This document shows positions 41,146-53,485 of a stretch of 64,000 nt of DNA, piece after piece (within the stretch, counting starts at the first letter, position 1; every line of letters begins with the position of its first letter). The stretch comes from an uncultured delta proteobacterium. GTDB taxonomy: Bacteria; Myxococcota_A; Polyangia; Haliangiales; Haliangiaceae. A model generated the notes under the pieces. The model made no database searches, was not told the DNA's origin, and worked only from the letters and a program-made list of their open reading frames with translations. Location of the stretch: the NCBI GenBank assembly GCA_963743525.1, contig CAVUQH010000003.1, positions 1,024,001 through 1,088,000 on the forward strand. The letters are read 5' to 3'. The translations under genes and the position numbers were made by a program.

Positions 41146-41276
41146 CGCCGCGACGGTAGTGCGCCATGCGCCGCGCATCCCAGGTCGTCCGGCGCACCGC
41201 TCGGAGGGCGCGACCGACCGGCACACGGGACCTGCCGCGGTCGCGTCGCCGGGAGCTGCGACGAGGCGGCGTCAGG

Positions 41277-42117
41277 TCAGGTCTGGCACTCGGCGCAGAA
41301 GTAGGTGTTGCGCGCCGCCGAACTTGGCCTTGGACGACCGTGTCGCGGCAGCGCAGGCACGGCTCGCCGTCGCGGGCGTACACCTTGTGGTACTCGCTGG
41401 TACCCGCCGGCCTCGCCGTGCAGGTCGTGCCAGCCGTCGTCGGACAGCGTGGTGCCGCCGTGCTTGATGGCGTCGTGGAGGATCTCGACCACGCTGCGGT
41501 ACAGGCGGCGGACCTCCTGGACCGAGAGCGTGTCGGTCATCCGGTCGTAGCGCAGGCCGGCGTCGTAGAGGATCTCGTCGGAGTACACGTTGCCGATGCC
41601 GGCGAGGAGGTCCTCGTCGGTCAGCAGCGCCTTGAGCTTCATCGACCGCTGGAGGACCAGCTTGGCGAAGTCGGCCCACGGCACGGGTTGGTCGACCACG
41701 TCGTAGCCGAGCAGCTCGATCTCGTCGACGCCCTCGGCCACCTGCTCGGGGGTGAGGACCCACATCTCGCCCGTGTGCCGGGGGTCGACGAACCGGAGCT
41801 GGCCGCCCTGGGTGAAGGTGATCACCACGTTGGTGCCGTCTTCGAGGTCGTCCTTGCTGGCCGTCTTGCGCAGCTGGCCGCCGCTGACCGAGCGGATGAT
41901 GAACCGGTCGTCGGTGTCGAGCGTGAAGATCAGGAAGGTGCCGCGGCGGATCGAGCGACTTGAGCTTGGCCCCGTCGAGCATGCCGGCGAACTGCTTCTT
42001 CGAGCTGTGCCGCTGGATCGACTTGGTGTCGTGGACCTCGACGGACTTGACCTTGCGGCCCACGACCTCACGCTCGAGCTGACGTCGGATCGTCTCGACC
42101 TCGGGCAGCTCAGCCAT
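41277..42117 (-). CDS. mutM: Fpg/MutM family protein with atypical active site (frameshifted)
   Basis: [10 protein letters not shown]2[15 protein letters not shown]4 zinc finger; located between rnc and smc. Confidence 0.85.
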
Positions 42118-42889
42118 CGTGTCGGCTCCTCCCTCGGCCGGCGGCCAGGCGGTCGGCGCCATCGTCGCCGAGCAGTTCGAGCGCGGCACGCGGCCGCCTG
42201 CTGCTCGGCTTGCTTCTTCGATCGTCCGACGCCCGACGCCCAGTCGCTTGCCGCCGACGCGCGACGGTCGACGGTGAACTCGCGGGCGTGGTCGGGGCCG
42301 GTGGCGACGAACTCGTAGTCGGCGGTGGCGTCGGTGACGGCGGCCAGCTGCTCCTGGAGACGGCTCTTGTGGTCCTGGTGGCCGCCGCCGACCTCGATGG
42401 CCTGCTGGATGCGGCTCGCCGAGCAGCCGCAGCGACCAGGTCGCGGGCGGCGTCGAGGCCGCCGTCGAGGTAGACGGCGCCGAGCACGGCCTCCATGGCG
42501 TCGGCCAGGATCGACGGCTTCTCCCGGCCGCCCGAGGCCTCCTCGCCCTTGCCGAGGCGCAGGTGCCGGCCCAGGTCGAGCTCCATGGCCACCTCGGCCA
42601 GGCAGACCGAGTTCACCACGGCCTTGCGGACGTCGGTGAGCGCGCCCTCGTCGAGCTCGGGCTCGGCCCGGAACACGTGGTCGGCGACCACGAAGCCGAG
42701 CACCGAGTCGCCCAGGAACTCGAGCCGCTCGTTGGACTCGGTGCCCGGCGTGCTCGGCGCACCAGGAGCGGTGGGCGAACGCCTGGGCCAGCAGCGCCTC
42801 GTCGTGCGGGGCGTACCCGAGCGCGTCGACGAGACGGCGTCGGCCGAGCAGCGTCGGCGCGATGGCCGCCGCTCGGCCGCGGTCGACAC
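42110..42889 (-). CDS. rnc: Ribonuclease III (frameshifted)
   Basis: [29 protein letters not shown], dsRBD KSRLQE...GRSKKQAEQ. Confidence 0.95.
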   Translation of the reverse strand: MSTAAERRPSRRRCSADAVSSTRSGTPRTTRRCWPRRSPTAPGAPSTPGTESNERLEFLGDSVLGFVVADHVFRAEPELDEGALTDVRKAVVNSVCLAEVAMELDLGRHLRLGKGEEASGGREKPSILADAMEAVLGAVYLDGGLDAARDLVAAAARRAASSRPSRSAAATRTTRAVSRSSWPPSPTPPPTTSSSPPAPTTPASSPSTVARRRQATGRRASDDRRSKPSSRRPRAALELLGDDGADRLAAGRGRSRHDG

Positions 42890-42907
42890 GGCTCCCCGGG
42901 TCCCGCG

Positions 42908-43193
42908 TCAGGCGCGAGACGACGTAGTCGACGGCGTCGCGCACGGTCTTGAGGTCTTCGAGGTCCTCGTCCTCGATGCGGAACCCGACCTGCGCTCGCC
43001 GATCTCCTCCTCGAGGGCCTCGACGAGCTCGATGAGGGCGAGCGAGTCGGCATCGAGGTCGTCGACGAAGCTGTCGCCCTCCTTGATCGACGTCGGGCTC
43101 GATCTCCAGGATGTCGGCGAGGCGGTCCCGGATGAGGGTCAGGACCTCGTCGCGGTCCATCGTGCCGCCTTCCACGTGGGTCTCTGCGGGCAC
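42908..43193 (-). CDS. acpP: Acyl carrier protein (frameshifted)
   Basis: DLDADSLALIEL..., EDLKTVRDAVDYV. Confidence 0.88.
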
Positions 43194-43336
43194 GTGCGCC
43201 TCCTGGGCTCGTAGCGATCGGTCGCCGTGGCGATCGGCCAGTCGCCGAGATTCGTGCGCGAAAGCCCAGCAAAGTGACCTACGCTGCGTGAGATCAGGCG
43301 TCGGATCGTGCGATCCGGCACGCCGGCGCGCGATGC

Positions 43337-44333
43337 TCAGGCGATGGCGGCGGCGAGGGCGGCGACGACGTCGCCGTCGACCATGTCGCGCGCCACCCGG
43401 ACGGCGTTGACCACCGCGGTCTCGCCCGAGGAGCCGTGGCTGATGATGCAGACGCCGTCGACGCCGAGGAGCATGGCGCCCGCCGGTGTTCTCGGGGTCG
43501 AGCGTGGCGTACAGCGGCAGCAGCTCGGGCATGAGCACGTCGGCGGCGGCCCGGGCCTCGTCGGTGGCGCCGAAGGCCTCGAGCAGCCGGTTGACCAGGG
43601 CCTTCATGCCGCCCTTCGAGCGTCTTGAGGGCCACGTTGCCGGTGAAGCCGTCGGTGACGACCACGTCGACGTCGTCGGTGAGCAGGTCGCGGCCCTCGA
43701 CGTTGCCGATGAAGGTGCCGCCGGCGGCGTCGAGCACGCCGTCGGCGACGAGCAGCGCGTAGGTCTCCTTGCGCAGCGGTGTCGCCCTTGCCGGGCTCCT
43801 CGCCGATCGACAGCAGCCCGACCCGGGGCTGCGTCGATGCCGTAGCGGGCGGTGGCGTAGGCCGCGCCCATCTGGGCGAACTGGACCAGCCACTCGGGCT
43901 GGCACTCGGCGTTGGCGCCGGCGTCGAGCAGCACGGTGTGGCCGCCCGAGGGCACCGGGAGCGGGGTGGCGATGGCCGGGCGCTTCGACGCCCTTGATCC
44001 GCCCCATGCGCAGCAGCGCCGAGGCCATGGTGGCGCCGGTGTTGCCGGCCGAGATCATGGCCGACGCCTTGCCGTCGCGGACCGCCTCGGCGGCCCGGAC
44101 CAGCGTCGAGTCCTTCATCCGGCGCACGCTGGCGCCGGGGTCGGCGTCCATGGCGATGACCTCGGACGCCTCGATCAGCGGCAGGTCGCCGGCGAGGTCG
44201 GCGACGTCGGGCGTGCCGACGAGGACGACTCGACGCCGAGCTCGTCGCGGGCCCGGCGGGCGCCGGCGACGATGTCGGCCGGCGACTTGTCGCCGCCGTT
44301 GGCATCGATCGCGATCGGCAGCACGGACTCCAT
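43337..44333 (-). CDS. plsX: Phosphate acyltransferase PlsX (frameshifted)
   Basis: IAIDANGGD, SAGNTGA, LLDAGANA, GNVEG, VTDGFTGNVALK, HGSS. Confidence 0.93.
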
Positions 44334-44373
44334 GTGCACGGAGTCGAGCCCGGCGAGGACTCGAGCCGAGGGT

Positions 44374-44553
44374 TCAGTCGACATCGACGGCCTGGCGGCC
44401 GTGGTACCAACCGCAGTTGGGGCACACGACGTGGGGCAGCTTGGCGACGCCGCAGCGCGGGCAGAGGCTGCGCGACGGGCGCTCGAGCGTCCAGTTGGCG
44501 GCGCGGCGGCTGCGGCCCTTCGCCTTGGATGTCTTGCGCTTGGGAACGGCCAT
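44374..44553 (-). CDS. rpmF: 50S ribosomal protein L32
   Basis: [18 protein letters not shown]...CPRC...[11 protein letters not shown]. Confidence 0.96.
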   Translation of the reverse strand: MAVPKRKTSKAKGRSRRAANWTLERPSRSLCPRCGVAKLPHVVCPNCGWYHGRQAVDVD

Positions 44554-44657
44554 GACGTGATCAACCTCGGTGCGGTGCCGTGGCGCGGCGGACGGCGGCG
44601 CGTGCGGCGGCACGGTGCCGACCGGGCCCGGCGCGAGGGCGAACCCGTCGCCGCGGC

Positions 44658-45195
44658 TCAGGACTCGTCGAACGTCGAGCTCGGTCGAGCGCCGCCCAGC
44701 GAGGGTCGCCGGGCGGTCGTCGGCCGCTCGGCGTCGCCCGGCCTCGACGTCGTCCTCGGTCGTGGTCGGGGAACCGCTCGGGATCCGGGCCCGGGCAGTC
44801 CTCGGCGCACAGCGGCGCCAGCGGCAGGCTCGACAGCACCAGCTCGCGCACGAGCGGCTCGAGATCGAGCAGATCGCCGTCGATGGGCAGGATCTCGTCG
44901 TCGATCGGCTCGCGCTGGCAGACCTCGCGGAACGTCGACGTCGACGTGCCGGTGGACGTCGTCGAGGCAGCGCCGGCACTCGCCGTACCAGTCGAAGCCC
45001 ACGGCGCCCGATCGACCTCGACGCCGCCGGCCATGCGCCATCGACCGTCCCGTCGACGTCGAGCGGCGTGCCGGGGATGGTGCTGGCCGTCGATGGTGGC
45101 CAGAGCGCCGAGCGTCGACTGCGACGTCGACGTCGCGACGGCTGCCCGGGCTCCCGGAGCAGGTCGCCGACCCGGACCACGAGTGGCCGGGCCAT
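44658..45195 (-). CDS. yceD: YceD/DUF177 family protein (frameshifted)
   Basis: [33 protein letters not shown]; upstream of rpmF. Confidence 0.85.
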
Positions 45196-45198
45196 CGG

Positions 45199-45861
45199 TC
45201 AGTCGTCGTCCTGGTCGAAGAACGCGGCGTCGTCGGGCACGGCCTCGAGCCGGCGGGCCGGCGTCGACGGCGCCGGCTCGTCGGCGGCCGTGGCCCTGGC
45301 CGTCGTCGCGGCGCCGGTCGCCTCGTCGCGGCGCTGGCTGCCCTGGAGCTTGGCCCGGCCGGCGCTGACCACCTTCATGGTGCGCTCGAGCACGATCTCG
45401 AAGCTGGCCAGCCGCTGGTCGCAGAAGTCCTCGGCCTCGAGCTTGAGGCGGCGGGCCTCGGCGTCGGCGGCGTCGACGACCGAGCGGGCCCGCGCCTCGG
45501 CCGCCTTGACCACCTCGGTCTCGCTGCACCATCTGGTCGGCCTGGGCGCGGGCCGCGGCGAGGATCTCGTCGGCCTCGCGGCGCGTGCCGGGCCAGGAAC
45601 TCCTCGCGCTGCTTGAGCAGCCACTTGGCCGCCCGCAGCTCCTCGGGCAGGCGCTCGGTGGCCTCGTCGAGCAGGTCGAGGACCTCGGCCTGGTTGATCA
45701 TCACCGAGGTCGACAGCGGCATGGGCCGCGCCTGCTCGATCAGGTCGCGGAGCTCGCGGAGCGACCGACTCGACCTGCGGCGCCGCGTACGGCGACTGCC
45801 CGGGACGCTCGGCGCCGACGGTCGACGGCGTCCTCGGCGTCGTGTCGCCACGGTCGCTCAT
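45199..45861 (-). CDS. Coiled-coil protein of the type usually found downstream of coaD (frameshifted)
   Basis: ARPMPLSTSVMIN, LPEELRAAKWLLK, AEDFCDQRLASFE. Confidence 0.75.
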   Translation of the reverse strand: MSDRGDTTPRTPSTVGAERPGQSPYAAPQVESVAPRAPRPDRAGAAHAAVDLGDDQPGRGPRPARRGHRAPARGAAGGQVAAQAARGVPGPARAARPTRSSPRPAPRPTRWCSETEVVKAAEARARSVVDAADAEARRLKLEAEDFCDQRLASFEIVLERTMKVVSAGRAKLQGSQRRDEATGAATTARATAADEPAPSTPARRLEAVPDDAAFFDQDDD

Positions 45862-46336
45862 CCGAACTTCTCCTGCAGTCGCTTGGCGACCGGCGTCGGG
45901 CACCATCTCGGTGACGTCGCCGCCGAAGCGGGCGATCTCGCGGAGCAGCTTGGAGGCGACGAAGGAGTGCTCGGTGGCCGAGGGGATGAACAGCGTGTCG
46001 ACGCCGGAGATCTTGCGGTTCATGTGGGCCTGGTGCATCTCGGACTCGAAGTCGGACACGGCCCGCAGGCCCTTGACGATGACGTCGGCACCGACCTCGC
46101 GGGCCAGGTCGACGACCAGGCTGGCGAACTGCGCGACCTCGACGTTGTCGAGGTGCGCCAGCGCTCTCCTCGATCATCGCCTCGCGGTCGTCGAGGTCGA
46201 ACAGCGGCTCGCCCTTCTGGGGGTTGCGCATGGCGGCGACGATGACCTCGTCGAACAGGCGGGAGGCCGTCTCGATGATCTCGAGGTGGCCGTTGTGGAT
46301 CGGGTCGAACGTCCCGGGATAGAGGACGGTCCTCAC
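45858..46336 (-). CDS. coaD: Phosphopantetheine adenylyltransferase (frameshifted)
   Basis: YPGTFDPIHNGH, KGLRAVSDFESE, EIARFGGDV. Confidence 0.94.
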
Positions 46337-46933
46337 GCATCTGCTCCTGTCGGTCGGGGGTCGCCGATGGCGTCCGGCTCGGGGTCCGGTGGACGGGCGA
46401 ACACGACCACCGTACCGCCGTAGGTCCGCTCCCTCACCTTTTCCCACCCGTCCGGGAGCGCCGACGCTGCGGTCGGACTCGACCACGACGACGCCGTCCT
46501 CGGCCAGCCGGCCGGCGAGCCGGTCGAGCAGCCCGGGCCAGTCGTCGAAGGCGTACGGCGGGTCGGCCAGCGACCAGGTCGACGACCGTCGGGCAGCAGC
46601 CCGGGTCGGCGACGGCCTGCTCGACCCGGCACCGGACGCACGGTGGCGCGGTCGGCCAGCCCGAGGGTCGTCGAGGTTGCGTCGATGGACCGCCTCGGCG
46701 GCGCGGCGGTCGGACTCGACGAAGTGGACGTGGGCCGCGCCCGGCTCAGCGCCTCGATGCCCAGCGCGCCGCTGCCGGCGTAGAGGTCGGCGACGACGGC
46801 GTCCTGCGACCGCACCCAGGCTGTGCAGCGCGTTGAACACCGCCTCGCGGACGCGGTCGGTGGTGGGCGGCGTGTCGGTGCCGGGCGGGGCGCGGAGCCG
46901 GCGGCCTCGGGCGGTGCCGGCGACGACGCGCAC
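46333..46933 (-). CDS. rsmD: 16S rRNA m2G966 methyltransferase (frameshifted)
   Basis: MRVVAGTARGRRL, TDRVREAVFN, DLYAGSGALGIEALS, DPPY. Confidence 0.92.
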
Positions 46934-46936
46934 CGC

Positions 46937-48048
46937 TCACCCGTACGAGGAGCCGGCCGTGCCGTAGGGCAGGGAGATCCAGGTCCTGCCCGGGCGTGAG
47001 CATGATCGCGTTGCCGTCGGCGTCGAGGTACGTGGTGCGGGTCGTGGCGTCGGGCTTGGACCAGGTGCCGGCGGTGACCGTGCCCCGGCTGAACACCCAG
47101 GCCTCGCCCTCGCCGGTGACTGGCGGTGGGGACGACGCAGCCGGCCTCGTCGCGGGTGCCCGAGTCGACGGCCTGGGTGAAGCGGACGATGACGTTGTCG
47201 ACCGCGACTGGCTCGCCGTCGGCGTCGACGTGCGGGTGGCCGGCCTGGAACCGGAGCCAGTGCTGGCCGTCCCAGTCGAAGTGCACGACCGTGCCGCCGG
47301 CGCCGGGAGCTGAAGGCCGGTGGGAACCGGATCGACGACCGTGGTGGCCGGCGTCGCGATCGGGCGACGGCGGCTCGACCGGTCGTCGGCGAAGGTGAAG
47401 ATCGGCTCGGGCGGCCCGGTCGGCGCCCTCGGGGGCGGTGGCGCGGATCTCGGCGGTGCCCTGGGCGAAGGAGTTGTAGGGCGCCGGCCGGCTGCGCTCG
47501 CGGTAGAAGAGCTGCGGGATGTCGTCGATCGACCGGGGCACGATCGTCGGCGCTGCGCACGTCGGCCCGCAGCATGCCGTTGGCGCCGTGCCAGGTGAAC
47601 AGCGGCCGGTTCAGCTCCTCGAGCAGGCCGATCTCGGATCCCCGGGCCGAGCGGATCGGACCGATCGGTGACCGGCGTCGGTGGACTGGAACAGCGGCAG
47701 GAACGGGTGACCGTGCCCTCGACGGTGATCTCGTAGACGACGTCGGCGGCGTTGATGCCCGACCTGGGGCGTGGACTTGCCGTCGACGTTGTCGATACTT
47801 GACGGCCACGACCGGCCGCTCGTAGATCGGCTTCGTCGGTCGCGGCAGACCGGTGAGCGCCGACGCCGCGGCGCCGGCTCGGTGCGTGGTGGTCGTCGCC
47901 GTGGTCGTGGCCGTGGCGCGTCGTGGTCGGTCGCGGCGGCGACTCGGTCGTCGTCCGCCGCCGCAGGCGGCGAGGACGAGGACGGCGGCGAGCACGAGGA
48001 TGACGGCGCGGATGCGTCGCGCGATCGCCAGTCGTGCTGCTTGCTCAT
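46937..48048 (-). CDS. DUF3048-family lipoprotein (frameshifted)
   Basis: LAA|C lipobox, VK.DN, GPIRSAR, R.APYN, VDNVIV, LTPG.TWI. Confidence 0.75.
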
Positions 48049-48114
48049 CGCGTCCAGTGTGCCAGCGGCCCCTGCCGCGGTCGCGGCACCGGCGACCGGT
48101 ACCGTCGCGTCGAC

Positions 48115-48310
48115 GTGTTCGAGCCCGACCAGCGTCATCACCTGCATCGACTGCGGCGGCCGGGCCCACCTCAACTCGGCTACGCCCCCGAGGACGGGCT
48201 GGGCAGCCGGGCGACGTGACCGTCTACCGCTGCGAGGACTGCCTCGACGCCTGGTACCTCGAGGTCCCGGAGCAAGACGATGGGACCGGGGACGACCCGG
48301 GTTGCGCGAC
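48115..48310 (+). CDS. Small CxxC...CxxC zinc-binding protein (frameshifted; end approximate)
   Basis: ITCIDCGGRAHL ... YRCEDCLDAWYLEV. Confidence 0.6.
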
Positions 48311-48377
48311 CGTCGGCCACGGCGTCCGACGGTCCGTGCACCGGAGCTCACGCGGTTCGCCGGCGTTGGTCAGGACT

Positions 48378-50523
48378 TCAGGAGGAACTCCTCCTCGTCC
48401 TCGCCGAGGAACAGGCCGACCTCGTCGAGCAGGGCGTCGGGCGGACGCCCTCGGGCCGGTCGACCAGCTCGAACGCCGCCTCGCGGGCTCGCTCGACCAC
48501 ACTCCCGGTCGCGTGCGCAGCGACGCCAGCTTCAGGTCGTTGCGGCCCTTCTGGCGCTCGCCCATGAGCGTGCCCTCGCCGCGGAGGTCGAGGTCGACCT
48601 CGGCCAGCTCGAAGCCGTCGGTGGTGCGCACCATGCGCCTCGAGGCGGGCCTGCGCCGTCCGTCGGTCGGCGCCCGTCGCCCACCAGGTAGCAGATCGAC
48701 GCGTGCGGCGCCGCGGCCGACGCGGCCGCGGAGCTGGTGGAGCTGGGCGATGCCGAACCGGTCGGCGTCGAGGATGACCATCACCGTGGCGTTGGGGACG
48801 TCGACGCCGACCTCGATGACGGTGGTGGCGACCAGCACGTCGAGCTCGCCCGGCCGGAACGCGGTCCATCGTCGCCTCCTTCTCGTCGGCGCCATCCGGC
48901 CGTGCAGCAGCCCGACGCGGAGGCCGTGCGAGCTCGCCGTCGGCCGGCGAGCCGCTCGAAGGTCTCCTGGCCGAGCGGACCTCGAGCTTCTCGGACTCCT
49001 CGACGAGCGGGCAGACGACGTAGGCCTGCCGGCCGGCGGCGCACCTCGGCCCGGACGCTGGTCCCACATCTGCGGCCTGCGTCGTCCTCGGTCGCGCGGC
49101 CCACACGGTCTGCGATCGGGGTGCGGCCCGGGCGGCAGCTCGTCGAGGACCGACACGTCGAGGTCGCCGTAGACGGTCATCGCCGCGGTGCGCGGGATCG
49201 GCGTGGCCGTCATGACCAGCACGTCGGGCGTGGCGCCGCCGGCGCCCTTGTCGCGCAGCGCGGCCCGCTGCTCGACGCCGAAGCGGTGCTGCTCGTCGAT
49301 CACGACCACGCCCAGCGAGCGGAAGTCGACGTCGTCCTGGATGCAGCGCGTGGGTGCCGATGACGAGGTCGACCGCGCCGGCGGCGAGGTCGGCGGTGAT
49401 CTGCGCGGCGCTCGGCGGCCGGGACCCGGTTGGTGAGCAGCTCGACCCGCAGCGGGCGGTCGCCGAAGCAGGGCGCCCTGCCGTCGCCGACGGTGAAGCC
49501 CGTCGAGCAGGCGCCGGATGCCCGAGGCGTGCTGCTCGGCCAGCACCTCGGTGGGGGCCATCAGCGCGCCCTGGTGGCCGCCCTGCGACCGCGACGAGCA
49601 GCGCCGAGACGGCCACCAGGGTCTTGCCGGCGCCGACGTCGCCCTGCAGCAGCCGGTGCATCGGGTGCGGGCCGGCGCCAGGTCGGCGGCGATCTCGGCG
49701 ATGACCCGCTCCTGGGCGCCGGTGAGCGGGAACGGCAGCGCCGGCGTGGAACCGGTCGACGCAGCCGGCCGCGACGTGCGTCGTGGGCGATGCCGCCGTG
49801 GTCGCGCTCGATCGGCCCGCTTGCGCAGCACCAGCGCCAGCTGGACCCGCAGCAGCTCGTCGAAGACCAGGCGCTTGCGGGCCACGGCGACGTCGGCCAG
49901 CGACTCGGGCGGTGGATGCCGTGGAAGGCGCTGGTGCGGTCGATGAGGTCGTGGCGGTCGAGCAGCGCACTCGGGCAGCGGGTCGGCGAAGTCGCCGGCC
50001 CGCCGCAGCGACCTCCTCGACCCAGCCGGCCGACGTCCTAGGACGTGAGCCGGACCTTCTCGGACTGGGGGTAGACGGGGACGATCCGGCCGGTCTGGTC
50101 GCCGATCAGGTCGACGACCGGGTTCGTCATCTGGCGTCGGCCCTGGAAGACGTCGACCTTGCCGAAGAACACGGCCTCGGTGCCCGGCCGGAGCTGGTGC
50201 TCGCGCCAGCGCCTGGTTGAAGAAGCTGACCTTCAGGTCGCCCGAGTCGTCGCGTGACGTCGCCGGTGACCATGACCCGCCCGCCCGCACCCGACGCGAC
50301 GCTGAGCTCGACCACCGGGCCAGCACCGAGGCGGTCTCGCCGAGCGCCAGGTCGCGGATCCGGGCCTCCTTGGTCCGGTCGATGTAGCGGCGGGGGTAGT
50401 GGGTGAGCAGGTCGAAGACGGTGTGGATGCCGAACCGTGCGCCAGGGCCTCGGCCTTCGGGGCCCGACGCCCGTCGAGGCGGGTGACGTCGATCCGGTCG
50501 AGCTGATCGAGCGTCCGGGCCAT
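48378..50523 (-). CDS. recG: ATP-dependent DNA helicase RecG (many frameshifts)
   Basis: RLLQGDVGAGKT, IDEQHRFGVEQR, MTATPIPRT, ATTVIEVGVDVPNA, QLHQLRGRVGRG. Confidence 0.96.
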
Positions 50524-50608
50524 GACGCGATGATGCCCGACCTCACCGACAGTCGTCGGCGAGGCCGGGCGAGCGTCCGAGGTCGTCGTATGTCGGCCGG
50601 TGGACGGG

Positions 50609-51240
50609 TCAGGCGGAGCGCAGGCCCTGACGAGCTGCGTCCTTGTTCATCTGCGAGCGGCCGTCGACGTCGAGCTCCTGGGCCCGCTCGTACAGCTCGT
50701 CCTTGGTCCAGCTCTCGTACGGGCCGGAGGGATGGTCTCGGCGCCGGCGCGGCGGCCTCGGCGGCGCCGGTGTCGGCGGCCTTGACGACCGGTCGGCGGC
50801 GTCGCCGGCCTCGTCGCCGATGCGGGAGCCGACGTCGCCGGCGCGTCGGAGACGACACGGAAGTTGCGCTCGACGTCGGCGGCGGCCTCGCGGGCCTGGT
50901 TGGTGATGCGTGGAGCCGGCGCGGCGAGCGGTGCGCACGCTGCGCGGCCGGTGTCGCGGAGGGTCTCGGCGGAGTCCTCGAGGCGTCCTCGGTGGCCTCG
51001 GCCAGCTCGGACACGCCGGTCCAGGTCACGGTCAGCAGGCCGCGGAGCGCGTCGTAGGTTGGTCGACGGTGATGCAGGCCGGACTGCCGGATGGCCTCGG
51101 CGTTGACGGCGCCGACGCGGCAGCACGAGCGGCGTCGAAGCGGCGAAGGCATCCGCTCGGCCGACCTTCACGGCGGTCACGTCCACCGTTCTGGCGAGGT
51201 CGGCGAAGGTGGTCGTCGATGGTGTCGGTCGAGCTGTCAT
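50609..51240 (-). CDS. Hypothetical protein with a C-terminal Rho_N-like (HEH) module (frameshifted)
   Basis: YESWTKDELYERAQELDVDGRSQMNKD. Confidence 0.6.
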
Positions 51241-51313
51241 GCTTGCAGCACCTACCCGAGTGCTGCATCATGCCATGCAGTTTCTGACGGTGACACCCGC
51301 CACTGCCGGCTGG

Positions 51314-53014
51314 CTACTCGATGCCGAAAGGTACGGGTACAGCGGCTGGCCGCCGTGGTGGACCTCGGCCTCGACGTCGGGGCGGTGCTCGGCCAGCCAC
51401 TCGGTGACGTGTCGGGTGACGCCGGCCGAGGCGCCCTCGCCCTCGATGACGGTGACGATCTCGTGCTCGCCCTCGTCGACCAGCGCGTCGAGCAGTCGCG
51501 GTGCACGCCTCGGCGAGCTCGCCGGCGACGACCTCGATGCCGTCGCGGGCGATGCCCAGCCAGTCGCCCTCGGCGATGGGGCCGGCGTCGCACGTCGAGT
51601 CCCGGACGGCCTGGGTGATCTCGCCGGGCACCGACGGCCTCGGCCGGCGTCGCCCATGGCCTCGGCGTTGGCGTCGGCCGACGGCCTCGGGGTCGTAGGC
51701 GATCAGCGCGGCGAAGCCCTCGGTGATCGACCGGGTGGGCACGCACGCGCACCGTCTTGTCGGTGAGCTCGTCGACCTGCTCGGCCACGGCGATGATGTT
51801 CTTGTTGTTGGGCAGGATCACGACCTCGGGCGCGGGCACGGCCTCGACCGCCTCGAGCAGCTGGGCGGTCGACGGGTTCATCGACTGGCCGCCGGTGACC
51901 ACCTGCTGGACGCGCAGGTTGGCGAAGATGCGCCGGATGCCGTCGCCGGTGGCGACGGCGACCACGCCGCAGGGCACGGGTTCGGGCGGCGGGCTCGGGA
52001 TCGGCGCCCGGCCTCGCGGACCCAGCGCTCCTCCTCGACCGTCGCAGCTCGTCGAGCAGGTCGGTGACGCGGATCTGGCGGGGCCGGCCGATCTCGATGG
52101 CGGCCTCGATGGCGGCGCCGATCTCGTCGGTGTGGATGTGGCAGTTGTAGATGCCGTCGCCACCGACGACCACGATGGAGTCGCCGATGCCGGCCCACAC
52201 CTCCCGGAAGCGCGGGCATGGCCTCGTCGGGGGCCTCGAGGAGGTACATCACCTCGTAGCGGAGCTCGGACACGTGCTTGCCGGTCTCGGGTGCCGGCCG
52301 GTCGGCCCGTGGTCGCTGAGCGCCTCGACCGCCCGGGCCGGTCGGCGACATCGGCCGGGCCGTCGGGCGGTGCGGGCACGGTCGCGGCCGTCGACCACGT
52401 GGAGCAGGGCGTCGAGCAGCAGCAGGAAGCCGGCGCCGCCGGCGTCGACCACGCCGGCCTCCTTCAGCACCGGCAGCAGCTCGGGCGTGTTGTCGAGCGA
52501 CGACCTGCCCGGCCGTGGCGCGTCCGTTCGAGCAGCTCGACCAGCGCGACGCCCGTCGTCGGCGGCGGCCCGCGACGCCTCGGCCGCCTCGCGGACGACG
52601 GTGAGGATCGTGCCCTCGACCGGACGCTGCACGGCCTCGTAGGACAGCTCGGAGGCGCGGCGCGAGCGCGGCGGCGAGGATCGGCGGCGTCGACCACGTC
52701 GGGCTCGCGCACGATCTCGGTCATGCCCCGCAGCAGCTGCGACAGGATGACGCCGGAGTTGCCCCGGGCCCCCATGAGCGAGCCGTGGGCGACCGCCTTG
52801 CAGGTGGCCGCCATGTCGGGTCGTCGCCGCCGCCGTCGGCGACCGCCTCGGCCACCGAGTCCAGCGGTGAGGGCCATGTTGGTGCCGGTGTCGCCGTCGG
52901 GCACCGGGTACACGTTCAGCCGGTTGATGGCCTCCTGGTGCCGGACAGCGCGTCGCCGAAGGCGGCGACACGCGGCGAAGTCGCCGGCACCCGAGGTCGG
53001 TCGAGGGTCGTCAT
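51314..53014 (-). CDS. DAK2-domain fusion protein (YloV/FakA family; frameshifted)
   Basis: LNVYPVPDGDTGTNM, GARGNSGVILSQ, GVVDAGG, GGQSMNPST, GGQPLYPY. Confidence 0.93.
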
Positions 53015-53101
53015 CGGCGGGCAACCCTACCGATGGCGGCAGTCCGGCGCGTGGACCGGGCCACGTGACCCCGTGTGGTGCGGTGCGGGGCCAGGGTTAG
53101 G

Positions 53102-53409
53102 GTGACCGAACCCATCGTGGTGCACACCGGCCGCGGAACCGTCAGCGAGGCCGACGTGCAGGGTGTGATCAAGTCGTACGACCCGGTGACCGGCGACGGA
53201 GTCATCATCGCCGACACCGATCTGGCCGAGTACGACCTGGCGCCCGGCGCACTCAGGGCTCGGTCTTCCGGATGGTGCGCCAGGGTCAGCGGGTCGTCTT
53301 CGACCTCGACGACCGCGGTCGGGCCACCGGCGCTGCGGCTGGGCTCCGAAGTGGACATGGGCACGCCGCACTTCCCCCAGGACGACTGCCCCTGGAGACC
53401 GGGATCTGA
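53102..53409 (+). CDS. Small cold-shock/OB-fold-like protein (frameshifted)
   Basis: QGVIKSYDPVTGDGVII...FRMVRQGQRVVF. Confidence 0.6.
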
Positions 53410-53485
53410 CGCGTCCGGACCCGCCGGCCGCAGCGGTCCCCCGACCGAAGTCGCAACGGCGCGACGAGAGGCGAGACACGAGACG

